Shown here piece by piece: positions 62,328-64,000 of a stretch of 64,000 nt of DNA. The DNA comes from a virus (taxonomy: Duplodnaviria > Caudoviricetes), in IMG/VR virus record IMGVR_UViG_3300019889_000166, positions 1,533 through 65,532 of that record. One strand, written 5' to 3'. Below the pieces are notes generated by a model. That model saw only the letters and a program-made list of their open reading frames with translations. It was not told the DNA's origin and ran no database searches. Made by a program: the position numbers and the translations under genes. The number at the start of each line of letters is the position of its first letter. Within the stretch, counting starts at the first letter, position 1.

Positions 62328-62650
62328 GAGAGGGTCGCCCGAAGCTCGTCTGCCTTGCGCTGCGATTCGATCTGCTGTGGCGTCGGCCTGTCCCAACCAA
62401 GCAGATGTCTGACCACTAAAGCCACATGGTCGGACATCGCAAACCATTCTCCGTGCATGCGATCGCGGTGGAGCTCAACGTGGAGGCGGATCTCCTCGCG
62501 TCGACCACCTGGAGCAGCCCCGAGGAGTTCCAGGATCTCCGGACTGCCGACCTGAAGGTCCATCAGCCTCCTCAATGGATTCCCCGCAATGCCGATCTTG
62601 ATTCGGCCTGACTCCGTTGCCTGGATCACGTAGACATATTGCTCAGCCAT
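62324..62650 (-). CDS. GIY-YIG (T5orf172-like) domain protein
   Basis: YVYVIQ.....IKIG....P..RL..LQ.GSP..L.LL...E..LH......GEWF; TATGAT 7 nt before ATG. Confidence 0.88.
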   Translation of the reverse strand: MAEQYVYVIQATESGRIKIGIAGNPLRRLMDLQVGSPEILELLGAAPGGRREEIRLHVELHRDRMHGEWFAMSDHVALVVRHLLGWDRPTPQQIESQRKADELRATLS

Positions 62651-62663
62651 GTACCCCATCATA

Positions 62664-62862
62664 CTCTAAAAGTATTTCCGCTATGAGCGCTGTGCGACGC
62701 ATATTTTCAGCTGAACCAGCGACCATATGCCCTCTGACCTGCGGGAACCTTGGTCTGCGACGGGCGGCACTGGCCACGATACTACTTCAGTAGCCGTGGA
62801 CAAGCGCTGTGCAACTGAGGCTACTAGGCGGGGCGGGCTCGAGCGCTGTCAGCCTAAATATC
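62664..62862. other. candidate attachment region
   Basis: AT-rich non-coding stretch upstream of int with AGCGCTGT at 62686, 62803, 62842. Confidence 0.4.
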
Positions 62863-62925
62863 CTTGGCGGGATTCCGTGCCGCGCCTTGTTGACTCGTTG
62901 CAACATGCGTCCTACTCTCGGAGCC

Positions 62926-63186
62926 ATGGGCACCCACGTGACGCGCACGGCCGCCGAGGAACTAGCTGAAGCCAAGGTGAAGCTTGACCAGGCGTTCGCC
63001 GAGATGCGGAACTGGCACGGTCACCTCGAGACTATGGCAGAGCACCCGGTTGACAGCGAGGCGGTGGCGCATCAGGCGCGCCGGTCGGCCCGGATCGTGG
63101 CGGCCCTGATCGCTGAGGCGGAGTCGGGGACGCGGGTGGCCGAGCGGCTGCAGGCGTCGGACAAACGTGTACCAACCGGAGGGTGA
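62926..63186 (+). CDS. hypothetical helical protein, leaderless
   Basis: TTGACT-N17-TACTCT-N7-ATG. Confidence 0.75.
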   Translation: MGTHVTRTAAEELAEAKVKLDQAFAEMRNWHGHLETMAEHPVDSEAVAHQARRSARIVAALIAEAESGTRVAERLQASDKRVPTGG

Positions 63187-63268
63187 CTCACCCCTTGCGG
63201 TACGGGTAGGTTACTGGTGACTGTCCAACGCGCGGCTGTGACGTAGCGGGAACTACCGATCGGCAACG

Positions 63269-63297
63269 AGGCCTCAGCGCTATCAACGCTGGGGCCT
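63269..63297. terminator. stem-loop between convergent genes
   Basis: AGGCCTCAGCG/CGCTGGGGCCT. Confidence 0.7.
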
Positions 63298-63306
63298 TCG
63301 TCATGT

Positions 63307-63999
63307 CTAGCTGATGTCGGTCTCGTAGCGGAGTACGTGGCTAGCCTGCGGCACGATCACCCTGCTGACTTCGACGGGCACCCCGTCCACCCTGATGACC
63401 CTGACGATGTCGAACACGTCCGCGGGGGTGACCATGCCCAGGAGTCGCCTCTCGGTGGTGTTCGGCACGCGCCCGTGGGCTTCTTCGGCGACGTTGACCA
63501 TTGAGCCTGCCGGTAGCAGTCCGGTGTCGTACAGCTCGCCGAGGGTTCCGTCGGGGTAGGGCTGCGCGGCCGGGTCGGCGAGGACGGTTCCCTTCGCGAG
63601 CTTGAGTGGGACGGCGGACCTCTGGATCTGGATCGGTTCGCCTTTCAGCCGCTTGACCATCCGCCGGCGCATGACCGTGGTGCCGACTTTGATGCCGAGG
63701 TATTCGGCGTCGGTGTGGCTGGCGGGTTCCTCGCTGTAGTCCGGGTCGTCGATCGTGTAGTCGTCCCAGGCGGCGGCGTGGTCGGTGACGAACGCGGCGG
63801 TGTCTTCGCGGATCCCCGACCAGATCCGGGTGAGGGTATCGCGGTAGCGCTGGGTGGAGAGCACGCGGACGGCCGGGGGTTCGGCGACGGTGGTGGGGTT
63901 GCCGTGGGATCTGTTGATGAGGCCTTCGTCGGCGAGGAGGGAGAGCGCGAACCGGACGGTGGATCGGTTGATGCCGGTGAGGTTGGCGATCTTGGGTTC
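63307..63999 (-). CDS. GntR-UTRA regulator (5' truncated), paralogue of 3327..4145
   Basis: EPKIANLTGINRSTVRFALSLLADEGLI wHTH; shared RRR.VK..KG.P...QRSA.P.KLA.GT.L.DP..QP.P.GT..EL. Confidence 0.9.
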   Translation of the reverse strand, partial: EPKIANLTGINRSTVRFALSLLADEGLINRSHGNPTTVAEPPAVRVLSTQRYRDTLTRIWSGIREDTAAFVTDHAAAWDDYTIDDPDYSEEPASHTDAEYLGIKVGTTVMRRRMVKRLKGEPIQIQRSAVPLKLAKGTVLADPAAQPYPDGTLGELYDTGLLPAGSMVNVAEEAHGRVPNTTERRLLGMVTPADVFDIVRVIRVDGVPVEVSRVIVPQASHVLRYETDIS

Positions 64000-64000
64000 G

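Larger units (their letters stand above)
11678..62700 (-). mobile_element. temperate siphovirus (prophage) core; true ends not defined, may extend across the whole window
   Basis: Canonical order: integrase, repressor/cro, recombination-replication, terminase, portal, head, tail, lysis. Confidence 0.93.

Overview
The whole 64 kb window is high-GC, actinobacterial-type mobile DNA with no recognisable host housekeeping gene. From about 62.7 kb leftwards on the minus strand lies an apparently complete temperate siphovirus. It has a GIY-YIG gene plus Xer-like integrase, a CI/Cro switch, an early operon (YqaJ/RecT, DnaQ-like, clamp-like, RuvC-like, initiator with iterons), terminase, portal, head and tail genes and a multi-gene lysis cassette ending at about 11.7 kb. 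Converging on the lysis end, with no visible junction, is a Streptomyces-plasmid/AICE-type DNA transfer module: GntR-UTRA 'kor' regulator, small membrane spread-like genes, a TraB-type FtsK ATPase with winged helix, and dense GGAC/GTCC clt-like repeats. Left of it are a second tyrosine recombinase and a dif-like site, and a paralogous GntR-UTRA gene starts at the far right. The main leads are (1) a possible phage/conjugative-element hybrid, (2) a pseudoknotted ~150-nt RNA with an anti-Shine-Dalgarno-like loop in the capsid operon, (3) a loop/repeat complementarity element ahead of the tail chaperone, and (4) systematic C-terminal Ala-Ala ends on early proteins. All protein calls come from motifs and gene order read by eye; no database search or folding program was run.
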